A DNA stretch of 64,000 bases from Corythoichthys intestinalis (lineage: Eukaryota): positions 29,762,661-29,826,660 of the forward strand of contig NC_080410.1 of assembly GCF_030265065.1 (NCBI RefSeq), read 5' to 3'. The notes beneath the pieces were generated by a model, which worked only from the letters and a program-made list of their open reading frames with translations, searched no databases and was not told the DNA's origin. This document shows, one piece after another, positions 63,330 through 64,000 of this stretch. Position 1 is the stretch's first letter. Each line of letters begins with the position of its first letter. Both the position numbers and the translations under genes were made by a program.

Positions 63330-64000
63330 ATAATGAAAGTACTGTAATCCACTTAATAATGGTAGGATCAATTATATCCTTACAACATATAGGAAGACAA
63401 TCTAAATGACCTATATAACTGAAGTCATTAAATAATGCAAATAAGGCTGCTTAAAAGTTGGTGGGGATAATTTGATCATCCTGAAAAGTTGGTAGTGTTA
63501 TGTCCCTACCGTCCCTATGCAAACCTACGCCCTTGCTCTAAAGAAGCTACAAACCTAATCATCTGAATCAACGAATTAACTCAAAACCCCTGCGAAAGAT
63601 TTCTGAGGCTTTTAAAAACTCCCAGCCTGGTTCATTACTCAAAACCGTAATCATGGGCAAGACTGCCGACCTGACTGCTGTCCGGAAGGCCATCATAGAC
63701 ACCCTCAAGCAAGAGGCTAAGACACAGAAAGAAATTTCTGCGTGAATAGGCTGTTCCCAGAGTGCTGTATCAAGGCACCTCTGGGGAAGGAAAAAGTGTG
63801 GCAGGAAACGCTGCACAACCACAAGAGGTGACCGCACCCTGAGAAAGAGTGTGGAGAAGAGCCGGATCCAGACCTTGGGGGACCTGCAGAAACCTGGAAA
63901 TGGGCTAGAGGTGCTGCATTCCCCAGGTCAAGCCACTTTTGAACCTGAAACAGCGGCAGAAGTGCCTGACCTGGGCTACAGAGAAGCAGCACTGGACTGT
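63330..64000 (+). mobile_element. Tc1 family E, 5' portion running off the window end
   Basis: From 63652: MGKTADLTAVRKAIIDTLKQEAKTQKEISA*IGCSQSAVSRHLWGRKKCGRKRCTTTRGDRTLRKSVEKSRIQTLGDLQKPGNGLEVL is a canonical Tc1 transposase N-terminus with one in-frame stop. The 5' element boundary is uncertain. Confidence 0.7.

Overview
This window is vertebrate nuclear DNA, almost certainly from a teleost fish. It has spliced multi-exon genes with GT-AG introns, a heavy load of Tc1/mariner, L2-like LINE and MITE insertions, and long mononucleotide and microsatellite runs. It is not a prokaryotic locus, so CRISPR arrays, operons and terminators do not apply. Gene content, left to right: (1) mxra7 on the minus strand, 3 coding exons, with a hugely expanded Pro/Glu-rich exon 2. 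(2) jmjd6 on the minus strand, 6 coding exons, 402 aa. (3) mettl23 on the plus strand, 5 coding exons, sharing a roughly 485-bp TATA-less bidirectional promoter with jmjd6. (4) casc3 (MLN51/Barentsz) on the plus strand, 11 coding exons over about 13.3 kb. (5) A previously unrecognisable two-exon C2H2 zinc-finger gene on the minus strand: a teleost-type N-terminal exon at about 50.4 kb is phase-compatibly spliced to a four-finger exon at about 41.3 kb, across an 8.7-kb intron full of transposons. (6) The first two coding exons of a PRRT2/TRARG1-like CD225 (dispanin) family gene at about 60.9-61.35 kb on the plus strand. The mxra7-jmjd6-mettl23 block matches human 17q25.1 synteny, but casc3 follows mettl23 directly instead of srsf2/mfsd11. 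Most remaining sequence is repeats: at least 5 Tc1 families (9 defective copies), two L2-like LINE pieces (one with an intact 580-aa RT ORF antisense in a casc3 intron), several MITE families, a composite element carrying internal 170-180-bp satellite-like tandem units (4 copies), an unclassified 1.15-kb element (2 copies, one with two nested insertions), a 26-bp-unit minisatellite in the putative ZNF promoter, and a near-consensus ZNF143/SBS motif inside the ZNF intron. All coordinates were derived by hand from the printed sequence, so exon boundaries may be off by a base or two. Homology statements rest on recollection of the human proteins, not on searches.
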